From Cyanophora paradoxa CCMP329 (Eukaryota > Plantae > Glaucophyta): DNA of 64,000 bases. Every line of letters begins with the position of its first letter. Position 1 is the first letter of the stretch. Shown one piece after another: positions 1-10,600 of the stretch. Made by a program: the position numbers and the translations under genes. The DNA is taken from positions 248,001 through 312,000 of the forward strand of contig QPMI01000482.1 of the NCBI GenBank assembly GCA_004431415.1, read 5' to 3'. The notes beneath the pieces were generated by a model, which made no database searches, was not told the DNA's origin, and saw nothing but the letters and a program-made list of their open reading frames with translations.

Positions 1-224
1 CAGCTGCTGCCACGGACCCACCAGGCAGCCTACTGGCACCAGCTGCTGGCAGCCTACTGCCGCTGCAGTACAAACGCACCGAGCTAACGTGCGCGGCACG
101 GGCCCCGGCTACTTCGACGCTCGATCGGCCGGCGCCCGGCGGCCGGCGCGGCCGCGGCCGCGCGCGCGCGGGCGCCCGGCCGAATTCGAATTCGAATTCG
201 AAGGAATGCATGCGCAGTACTAGT

Positions 225-283
225 CGCGCGCATGCGCATGCGCGCATGCATATGCGCATATGCGCATATATGCATATGCGCAC
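225..283. repeat. 59-bp uninterrupted alternating purine/pyrimidine tract (Z-DNA-prone) made of GCGC/GCAT/ATAT palindromes
   Basis: cgcgcgcatgcgcatgcgcgcatgcatatgcgcatatgcgcatatatgcatatgcgcac, read directly. Confidence 0.9.
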
Positions 284-931
284 TGCCGCAGGCTACGTAT
301 ACTAGGCTAGCGCTGCGCATGCGGCGCCGGCACGCCGCGGCGCGCGCGATCGCGAGCGCTCGAGCCGTGGGTCGGGCCGGTTGTGCACATGCGCGCGACT
401 CGAGCTCATGATCAGCATGCGCAGGGCGAGAGCGCGTCGACGTACGTACGCGTCGAAGTAGGCCGAGATATTGCGATTGATCATGATGGGGTCGACGTGG
501 CAAAAGTACTTGAAAGTTGCAATTGATATCGATATCGATGCGGCCGACTTCCGAAGTTCCAGAGTTTCGAAGTTCCGCGGGCGTGGCACGAATCAATAGC
601 CCGCGGCCCGCGGCGCCTTGCCGCGGCCTTGGGCCGTAGGCTCCCAGGCCCGAGGCCCTCCCTTCGCGCGCCACGGCTGCAGCTGCCGGCGCGCCCCTCC
701 CCACCGGGCAGGACGCCCCGTCGCCCCCCCGCCTCGCACCACGGCCCCCCAATGCATGACCGTACCGAACTGCGAGCGAACCGCTCCTGGCGCACCCTGT
801 CCCCTCATCCCGCACACCGCCCCGCGCTCTTCACCCGCGCGCCGTAAAGAGCCCGATCGCTTCGCATTCGAATCTGAGTGCCGCAGTGCGAGCACTGACG
901 GGCCGAAGCGGGGGTACACCGCTCCCTACCC

Positions 932-3900
932 CTACCACCTGTCGGTCTTCTTCTCGCCCTCGAGCCGCCGCTGGTGCCAGCTCTGCGCCCCGCCCGACCG
1001 TCAGAGGAAGGCCCGTCAAGTGGACGAAGGGGCCGGCGCGCCTTCTCCTTCCTGGGGTCCTGCTTGCGCTCGGCGCGGGGATCGTACACGGCGTACATCT
1101 CGAGCTGCTCCCGGTCCGCCAGCTTGTCCTGCAAACGACTCCCCTCGTGAGACACGCACGAGGGCCCCTGGTGTCTCGTGGGCGCACGTGGAGGAACTCG
1201 AGGCGGTGGCTCTTCCAGTCCTCGTCGTCCTCCGGCCCCGCCCCCGCCACGCCGTCCCCCGGCGGGGGCGCCGGCGCCGCCGGCTGCGGCGACGCCGACG
1301 CGGGGCCTGCGGGGCACTCAGGGGAAGAGGAGGAGGAGGAGGAGGGGGGGGGGGGGGGGGAGGGGGAGCGGGGGGCGGGGCGGGGGCACGCACGCTCGTC
1401 CTCGGAGCCGCCAGCGCCGGAGTCGCTGCGGGGGGCCTTCGCGGGCGGCTGCCCCCCCACGAGCTGCTTCTTGAACGCCTCCATCTTCTCCAGCGTCTGT
1501 GCCCCGCGCCCCCGTCAGAGCGCCCGCCCCCGAACCCCCGAGGCGTCGGAGGGCCCGCACGGTGAGCTGCCGGTTGGCCGTTGCGTTGCGCTGCGGGCGC
1601 GGGTCGCAAGGCGCGGGCACGGGGGCACGCGGCAGGCCAGGGGGGCGGCCTGCCTTCTTGTACTTGAGGCGCTGCTGCTCCAGCGGGCTCACGTAGTCCG
1701 TCGGGTCCGCGCGCTGGCGGGGCGCGGCTCGTGAGCCGGGCCGCCCACCCACCCCTCCCCCCCCCCTCCCGGGGGGGTACGGGGAGCACCCTGATCTCGG
1801 CGGGGTTGAGGCGGTCCTCCTTGAAGGCGAGCTGCCCCACCTTCCGCTTCCGCTCCTCCTTCGCCATCTCCGCCAGCTGCCCGCCCCCTCGGCTTGGGGG
1901 GGGGGGGGGGGGGGGGGGGGTAAGGGGGGACCTTCTGCTTCACGTCGGGCTGCTGCTTCTTCCGCGGCTGAGAGGCACCCGCCCCAGAGCCCGAGCTGCG
2001 GACCAATCAGCTGGGGAAGGGGAACGGAGGGGGAAGAAAACACGAAAGCACGAACCCCTCGCCCCCGCTGGAGTCCTCGTCGGACGAGTCCGCGAGGACC
2101 TTCCGCCCGTTCTTCATGACGGCTGCGGCGAGAAGCCAGGGTCGGCGGGGTGCCGGCGGCGCGGAGAAGGGCGCGACGCACTCTTCTCCTGCTTCTCGCC
2201 CTTGCCCGAGGCGGCGGCCTTGGCCCGCGCCCTCGCCCGCTCCCGCATCGCCCGCTCGAAGTTGTCCGCGTCCTCTGCGAACCGCGTCAAGCGGAGAGCG
2301 AGTCGCGCAGGGGGGTGCCGCCCACCGCCGCCCCCGCCCTCGCTGTCGCTGGCGCCGCTGGCGGCCGCCGCCGCGGCGGCCTCCTCGCCGGCCTCTCGGG
2401 AGCGGCCGCCGCGCTCTTTCTCCTTCTCCTTGCTCGCCGCCGCCTTGCTCGCCGCCGCCAGCTTCGCCTTCAGCTCCGCCGCCTTCTTCTTCTCCGCCTG
2501 TACCCCCCGCCCGCCCGCCCCGTGAGGCTCCGGGGCGGCAGCGGGGCGGGCGCTCGGGGGCGCACGAGGCTCTGCTCCATGCCGGGGATCGAGACGGCCT
2601 CCTTGCTGCGGGGGGGGTGAGGGGAAGGGGGCGGGGCGCGGGGCGGGGGCGGGCCTGAGGCGGTGGTCGTCGAGCACGTCGTGCGCGCTCACGATCTTGC
2701 GCGCCGCCGCCGGCACCACCTCCTCCCCTTCCCCCTCGTGCTCGAACGAGAGCAGGCTCTTGTTCCTGGGGACGCAAGCCGCGCGCTCCTCTCAGCGGGG
2801 GGGCGGGCGAGCCGGGGGTACGGGCTCACTTGGTCGCCTTCTGCGCGGTGTCCCGCTTCGTCTCCTCCTGCTTGTTCTTCCGCCGCATCTGCGGCACATC
2901 CGGCGGCATCGGCGGAGGCGGCGGGGGCGGCGGGGGCGGCGGGGGCGGCGGGGCGGCGGGGGCGGCGGGGGCGGCGGGGGATGCGGCGCACGTTCGGCCG
3001 GGGTACGATGTCGTCGAAGGGGTTGGAGAGGACCTCGCAGGAGATGATCTTGGGGGGCTGGAGAGGCCTGCTCCGGAGCCGGCGCCGATCAGGCGGGGCG
3101 GGGCGCGGCAGAACGCGGCGCGGCGGGGCGGGGCGCGGGCGCGGGCGCGCCTGTCGTCGTTGTCGGTCTCGACCTCGCCCATCTTGATCGCGTTGAAGAT
3201 GGTCGGGCCCGTCACCTGCGCGCGCAAGCGCGCCGCCGCCGGCGAGCCCGCGTCATGCCACGCGGAGCGGCGGGCGGGGCGGCGGGGCGGGGCGCGCCTT
3301 GCCGAAGATGGTGTGCTTGCGGTCGAGCCACTCGCACTTGTCGAGCGTGACGAAGAACTGCGACCCGTTCTGGTTCTCCCCGAAGTTCGCCATCGCCACC
3401 TGAGGCGCCCCGCGGCCGCCTCAGCAGCGGCGGCGCGGCGCCGGTGGAGCTGCGCGGGCGGCGCGGCGAGGGGCGGCGCTCGCCTGCCCCCGGTGGTTGA
3501 ATTTGATGCGTGAGTGGAACTCGTCAATGAACGGCTCGCCGTAGATCGAATCACCGCCTGCGCGAGCGCGGCTCGCCAGTCAGCTGCGGATGCATGCCGC
3601 GGGCCAGGCGGCGGCCCTCGAGACGTCGCGCGGACCCTTCCCGGTTCCGGTCGGGTCGCCGCCCTGGATCATGAACTTGGAGATGATGCGGTGGAAGATG
3701 GTGTCTTCGTAGTAGCCTTCGAGGCACAGCTGCACGAAGTTCCGGCACGCCCGCGGCGCCTCCTTGCTCCATAGCTCAATATCGATCTGCAGGCAGGGTG
3801 CAGCGACCGCGAGCGGGTCAGCAGCTGCCGTCGGAGAACGCACTCGGGTGTCGTCCGCGCCCTGCGCCCCGACAAGCCCGCGGCCGCCGCTCACCGCTCC

Positions 3901-4051
3901 GAACGTCGTGTTGATGACCACTTTGCCGTTCGTGGCCGGCTCCGAATGGTACCTGCACAGGATGGGCGAAGGCACGGCGCGTCAGCGCGTGAGGAGCTGT
4001 GATCGCGGCAGCTAAGGGGGCTCGGCGAGGGTGCACGCACACGGCCGCCAT
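932..4051 (-). CDS. CWC27: Spliceosome-associated cyclophilin CWC27 (multi-exon)
   Basis: Manual splicing gives [80 protein letters not shown]...FNHRGQVAMAN...SQFFVTL...TIFGKVTG...KATKNKSLLSF...WKSHRLEF...KKTDRW*. This is the CWC27-type PPIase domain plus a charged tail. ATG at 4051, TAG at 932-934. Confidence 0.93.
2916..2979. repeat. Intronic 9-bp minisatellite (GGCGGCGGG)n in CWC27
   Basis: About 6-7 tandem GGCGGCGGG(G) units between donor AAC|gtgcgc and acceptor gccgcag|ATG on the minus strand. Confidence 0.75.
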
Positions 4052-4087
4052 CGCTCAACTCGCAGCACCGTGCCAGCACGGCTCTTG

Positions 4088-4122
4088 GGGGTACGGGCCA
4101 CTTTTCAAGTGATTTGTACCCC
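4088..4122. promoter_or_regulatory. Inverted GGGGTAC/GTACCCC pair forming a small hairpin upstream of CWC27
   Basis: GGGGTAC-gggc-CACTT-ttc-AAGTG-attt-GTACCCC, 37-71 nt upstream of the CWC27 ATG. Function is inferred from position only. Confidence 0.4.
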
Positions 4123-4693
4123 AGATGTAGCAGTTTTTCTGCCGAGTCCGTGACTCGTGACGCACTCCCAATTGCAATTGCTAAGTGCAACTTGATCATG
4201 ATCATGCATATGAGCGCTATCGCGCAGATTCGAATTCGGAGCTCGACCCTGATCGGGCCTGATGCTGGCTTGCACTTGCAACTGAGCGGCTTAAGCTTAG
4301 CTTCAGCAGCACTTGCAATTGAGCTGACCCATGGGTTCGTTAGCACTTGCAATTGAGCGGCTCTGCGCGACTCAACCCGGCCGGCGGCGAGGCCCCGAGG
4401 TGCCGCCGTGCCGGTGCTGTGTGCCGGTGCTGCAGCCTGTGCACGTGCCAGGGCGCCGGCACGCGCCGCAACTGGTGTCGAAGTATACGTAACGAAACGG
4501 CGGCTCAGATGCTTAAATCCTGGCTTGGTACACTCAGCTACACTAAACACTATGGATACAGTGCACAGCATTGGCGATAGGAAGGCCTGGCGGCGGGCTA
4601 ATTGCCTAGCGTTGGCCGCCAGGGATCGGAGAGGACGGGCCTTGCGGCGGCAAGCGAGCGCGAGCCGGCGTCGGCGTCGTGCTCGCCCCGCGC

Positions 4694-7600
4694 TCAGGCG
4701 TCCTCGGAGGGGACGGCCGGCGGCGCCTGCTCCACGTAGGACGAGACGTACGCCGTCAGCGCCCCGTCCCGCGTCTCCGGCGGCGCCCCCGCGGCCACCG
4801 GCGCCGCCGCCGGCTCCGGCGCCGGCTCCGGCGCCGCCGGCTCGTCGTCGGGTTGCGCCGGCGCCGGCTCCCCGTCGAGCGGCGCGAAATCGGTCTCCGG
4901 TGCGGCAGGCTCCGGGCCGGGGCCGGCGGTGCGGGCGGGGGCCGGGAGGGGGGCGGGGGGCGTTCAGGGCCGGGGCCGGGGCGGGGAGGCACGCCCGGCC
5001 AGCGGCTCGGGTGGGCGGGGCGGGCGGGGCGGGCGCGACGACGGGCGTGGGGGCAGCGTGACGGCGGCGGCCGCGATGGCCGAGCGCTTGGCCCGCGCGG
5101 GGGAGAAGGCCGCCGTCGGGGCGCCTGCGGGGGCGGCCGCGGCCCGCGCTTGACAACCGGCGCGGCGGGCACTGCGAGGGCGCGCGGGGCGGGGCGGCGT
5201 CAGGGTCGGGGCGGGCGGCGGCGGGCCGCTAGGCGGGGCCGGCTTCGGGGCGACGCCGGCTCGTCGAGGGCGGGGCGGGCGGGGGCGAGGGGCGCGGGGC
5301 GCGGCGCGCTCGGCGGCGCTCTGAGCGGCGGCGAGGGCGCCGATGACGCGCCGCTCGCGCCGCGGCGTCTGCACGAGCTTCCCGGGCTCCGGCTCCGGCG
5401 CCGCCGCCTCCGCCTCCTTCTTGAGGGGCTTGCCCGACTTTCCGCCCTCGCCCTCCTCCCCATCCTTGGCGGCGGCGGCGGCGGTCTTGGGGCGGGTGGC
5501 GGTGATGGCGCGCTTGGCGGCGCGGGCGGTGGCGAGCTTGTCGACGAGGGTGCCGAGGAGGACGCGCAGGGGCTCCTGCACGAGGAGCGCCTGCGCGACG
5601 GCGATGCCGAGGGCCTCGAGCCACTGCCACGCCACCTGCTCCTCCAGCGCCGTCCCGAACACCACCGTGAAGTACCCTGCCCCCGCCCCGCCCGCCCCGT
5701 CAGCGCGCGCGCTCTCGGGGGTCGATGAGGGGGCGGCCCCGCGCGCGCGGGGGCGCACCGGTGGCGGCGGCCCAGCAGAAGGCGATGCCGTAGGCGGCGA
5801 GGGTGAACCACCACGGGTTCCCCGGCGGCATCTGCGCCCCGGGGCCAGCGTCAGCCGGCCGCCGGCGGAGTTGAGTCTGCAGGCCGCGCACCAGGGCGTC
5901 GCCCTCGTCGTGGCGCACGGAGCTCTTGAAGCGCCCGATCTGTGGAGCGCAAACGTTAGCTGCCGCCCCCGCGCGCGCTCCCCGGGACGATCTCACCCGC
6001 TTGGTGTTCTCGATGGCGCCCTTGAGGCCGAGGATCTGCTTCTCGTCGGCCGGCTCGACCTTCTCGCCGCCCACGGGCCGCAGGTTCCCCACGCTCGTCG
6101 GCGGCGTCACGACGCTGTACTTGCGCGCCGACTGCGCCCCGGCGGCGAAGGAGCCGTCGACGAGCCTGCCGTGCAGCGGGGCCGCCTTGCCGTCCTGAAG
6201 CCCCTTCTCGGCGGCGAGCTTGGCGTTGCGCGCGCGGTGCGCCTCCGCCGCCTGCCGCGCCGCCACGAGCATCACGCTCGCGTGCGAGATCGTCGGCAGC
6301 ACCAGCGGCCGGATGGTTCTGCGCGGGACCCGCGTGAGCCGGCCGCACGCGGCGCGGCGCGGCGCGGGCGGGCGGGCGGGGGCGGGAGGCACCGGTAGAG
6401 GGCCTCGAGCTCGGCCTCGTCCCTCTTGCGGGCGGCGCGGATGAACGTCGGCTCCGCCCGCGGCCGCAGCGCGTACTCGTGCGGCTTCAGCAGCTCCGCG
6501 CGGGGGCGCGAGGGGACGTCGGTGACCGAGGGCGGGAGGGCGGTGGCGTAGCGCCCGGGGGCGTGGAGGTGGTTGACGACGCGGAGGCGCTTGCGGGTGA
6601 TGAAGCCGCGGTAGACCGCCTGCACCCGCGTCACCATCCGCTCCACCTGGTGCGGCACCCGGTACGCCTCCGCCCCGGCCCCCGCCGGCCGCGCCGACGC
6701 CGGCGGCACCAGCACGCCGCCCCGGGGCGGCGGGATCCCGCGGAGCACGTCCGGGGCGGCGCCATGAGGCCGGCGCGCATGGCGGCCCGAGGCGGCGGCG
6801 GGCGTTGTAGATGCCCCGCGGGCCCCCGTCCCCGGGCGGCGGCCGCGGGCCAGAGCGGCCCGTCTCAGGAGGGGACCCGGGGGCGCCCTCCGCGCCGGTG
6901 GCGGCGGGGGCGCCGAGCCCGGCGGCGGGGGCCCCGCGGCGGGCGGGGCCCCCGCCGCACGAAGCCGTTGGCGGCCGGGGCGGCGGCTGCGGCCCGCGGC
7001 GCGCGGCCGACATGGGCCCGGGGCCCCGGGGGCGGCACGGGGCCGCGGCGGCCGGGCGGGCCGGGGGCGGGGGCGGGGCGGCGGGGTCGCGGGGCGATGC
7101 CTGCGCGGAGCCGGCCACAGAGCCGTCGGCCGAGCCGGGGCCCGACGAGCCGATGCGCCTCCGCCCAACCGGCCGCGAGCGCTCGCCCGGCGCCAGCGCC
7201 GGCGGGGCGGCGGCGAGAGGGCGCCGGCGGCGGGGCCCGGGAGGGGCCCTCCTGGCGGCGGCGGCCGACGGGGCGGTTCGGGGGCGGGGCGAGGCCGGTC
7301 TGCGGGGAGGGCGGGGCCCGACGCGCCCCGCAGCCACACCCACCGCGGCGCCCGCCGCGGCGAGGCCGATGCGCAGGCGGGAGCCCATCACGCTCGCCGG
7401 GGCGGCGCGCCGGCGGGAGGACGCGGGCCCTTGCGCCCCTGGAGCTGGGCCTCGGGCGGGGCGGGCCCCGGAGGCGGGACGGGCCCGCGGCGCAGGCCCG
7501 GGATGGGGGGCGGGACGGGCATGCCGATCGAGGCGACGCTCTCGCCGCGGAGGGAGCCGGCGAGGGCGGAGGCGCCGCGGGCGAGGCGGGGCTTGAGCTG

Positions 7601-10600
7601 GTAGGAGGCCTCGATGGCGCGGTTGACGCGGTCGCGCTTGCGCTGCGCGTAGCCGCGGAAGTAGGACTGGACGCGGGAGACGAGGAGGTCCATCTCCTTG
7701 TCCGAGTAGCCGCGCGGCAGGCGCCCGCTCTGGATGTCCCGCAGCGAGATCCACCGCTCGATCGACGCCGTCGTCTCCCCCCGCGAGAACTGCCGCCCCC
7801 GTCAGGCCGCCCGGCCGGGGCAGGGGAGCCGGGTCGCGGCGGGCGGGGGCGGGGGCGGGCCTTGACGATCATGGCGTGGGAGAAGCGGAAGATGGCGACG
7901 AAGAGGGCGTACGCGGGGGCCATCACCGCCGCCGTCACCATCCCTGCGCGAGGCGCCCCACCGCCAGCGTCAGCGGCCGCGGCGGCGGCGGCGGCGGCCT
8001 GCGAGCCCTCTGGAGGGGGCGGGGGCACCGGTGAAGTAGAACTTGTCGCGGGCGGGGCCCTCCCAGGTGGCGCGGACGTCGGTGCCGAAGAAGACGGCGT
8101 CGAGGGCCATGAGGCCCATCACCAGGCAGAGGAGGCACGTCAGCCGCTGCGGCCGCGTGAACGGGTCCCCCGGCGTCACCGTGAAGAGCGTCAGGAGCGG
8201 GTGCGAGCGCCGCTGGTCCCGCCACACCCGCCGGAAGGCCTTGCCCAGGAGCGACTGGCCCTTGGCCTCGACGAGGACGGCGGGGAGGGAGGCCTTGGCG
8301 GAGAGCGGGACGTGCTTGCCGCCCGGCTTCACCTTGCCCGTCGCCATCGCCGCGAGCGCGGCGCGGCGCGGCATGCCGACGACGATGCCGCGCGCGTCGG
8401 CCTTGAGCACGCGGGGGCCGGCGATGAGGCTCTTGACCTGGTCCGTGCCGCCGCCCTCGCGCGCCGGCGCCGGCACGACGGCGATCCACGTCGACTCGCC
8501 GGGGCGGCGGAAGATGTAGGGGTCGTGGAGGGCGCGGCGGGCGCGCCACTTGTAGAGGGAGACCTCGTCGGCCGTGTAGCCGGCGACGGTGCTCACCACG
8601 AAGATGCCGAGGGTGATCGCGAGGACGGCGATGGGGTGCCAGGAGGAGGGGTACATGACGGTGAGCATCTGGGCGACGCTGGGGCGGGCGCGCGGGGCCT
8701 GCACGACGGGGACGGAGGGGGCCATGACGAGGGAGAACTCGGAGAGGTGGTTGCAGTAGCACGTCGCGTAGCCCCCCGAGATGTCCCCCAGCACGCACCC
8801 CCGCGAGCTCCACGCCTGCCCCGCCGGGTCGAAGTACTGGCACACCGCTGCGCAGGGGAGGGCGGGGCGTCGGGGCCGGGGCGGGCCGGGGCGGGGCGGG
8901 GCGGGGCGGGGGTCGGCGGGCGCGCACGCTGGACGGAGTCGTTCTGGAAGACGGGGTTGTTGGTGATGGGGATGAGGAGGGTGAAGGGGCGGCTGAGCGA
9001 GCTCGGCTCGATGTCGGCGCCCGAGGTGAGCTGGATGGAGATCGTGTCCGCCGCGAAGAGGGACCCCCGCGTCGAGGGCGCGTAGCCGCGCAGCGAGGCC
9101 TGCTGCGGCCAGTAGGCCACGCGCACGTCCAGGTACTCCGAGCCGAGGCGCGACTGCAGCTGCTGCAGGATGGAGGGGTGGATCGTGAACGAGACCTGCA
9201 CGGGCGCCGCCGCCGCGCCGCCCGTCGCCAGCCGCACGCTGTACGTCACGTTCTTGAGCGTGTTGCCGAATTCGGGGCTCAGCACGCGCTGCCCCGCCTG
9301 GCTGCTCTGCGCGAACCCGTACGACTCCGGGCAGTCTGCGGGGGAGTGAGGCGGCGGGGTGAGCGGCGGCGGGGCTCGGGGGCCGGCGGGGCGCACCGCG
9401 GAAGCAGACGACGCGGAGGAGCGGGTAGGAGAAGTCGGAGGCGCGCTGGCCGCAGCCGTCGGTGCCGATGACGGGCCGGCAGACCTCCTCCATGAGCGCC
9501 AGCATGCGGTCCGAGTCGGAGCGCTCCAGCGTCGACGCCGGCGGCGTGTACGCCTGCAGCGTCCCGTTGCTGCCGCCCCCGCCGCCCTGCAGCTGCAGCA
9601 TCCGCCGCCGGTTGTAAGGCCCGATGTAGCGCGCCGAGTAGCGGGCGGCGGACTGCCCGAAGCTGCCGCCCGAGCCGCCGCCGAGGGGGAGGGAGGGGGG
9701 CAGGCCGAGGGTGAAGGACTCGGTGGCGCCGGCGAGGCGGACGGTCATGATGTCCGAGGCGAAGTCGAGGGCGAGCTGCGCGATGGGCACCAGCGCCGTC
9801 TTCTGCTGCGTCTCGATGAGGAAGCTGTAGTTCGCCGCCGCCCGGAAGAGCTCCACCGTGAAGTCGAACCCCGCGCCGGCGGCCGCCTGCGCCTTCTTGA
9901 AGTCGGCGTCGGCGAGGGCGCGCCCGTCGGCGAGGGCGTTCGCGGCCGACGCCTTCATGATCTCCGCCAGGCCCTCCGAGCACGACTTGACCACCTGCAG
10001 CAGCATGCTCACCAGCGACGGCGACGCCTCCACCCGCCTGCCCCGCCCCCGCCCCGCGTCGTCGGCGTCGGCGGCGGCGGCGCGTCGTGGCGGGGCGGGA
10101 GGCGGGGGCGGGCGCACCGGAAGACGACGAGGAGGGTGTCGATGACGGTCTTGTAGGCGTTGACGGCGGCGGCGGCGGTCTCCAGCGCGAGGCCCTCGAC
10201 GGACGACTGCCGGAGCCCGCGCCGCAGGCTCTGCACCTTCCTGTTCGTCTTGATCTGCTGCTTCGTCTGCGTGATCACCGACGAGGCCTGCGGGCGGGGG
10301 CGGTGAGGCGCGGCGGGACGGGGCGGGGGGCGGGGCTCGCGCGACAACGCACCCCCTGGGACGCCGAGTTCGAGTTGGACGTGAAGACGGCGTTCGACAT
10401 CGACGACGCTGCGGGGCGCGCGCGTCGCAGCGTGAGCGGGCCGCCCGATGAGGGGCGAGGGAAGGGGGGCGCACATGGGTTGGCGACGGTCTCCTTGCTG
10501 ACGGCGGGCGTCTGCGGGTCGACTCGGATCTGGGCCCTCGCGACCGTCGCGGCGCCGTAGACGTCCGAGATCTCGCAGAGCAGCATGACGAAGCCCGACT

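Noticed and set aside
1-70. Repeated CAGCTGCTG and GGCAGCCTACTG words at the window edge
   Set aside because: Only two copies each and cut by the window boundary, so a tandem array or element end cannot be established.
6479-9085. 868-aa plus-strand ORF and the many other long Arg/Pro/Gly/Ala-rich ORFs in the track
   Set aside because: They are antisense or off-frame shadows of real spliced genes in stop-poor GC-rich DNA, with no recognisable motifs.
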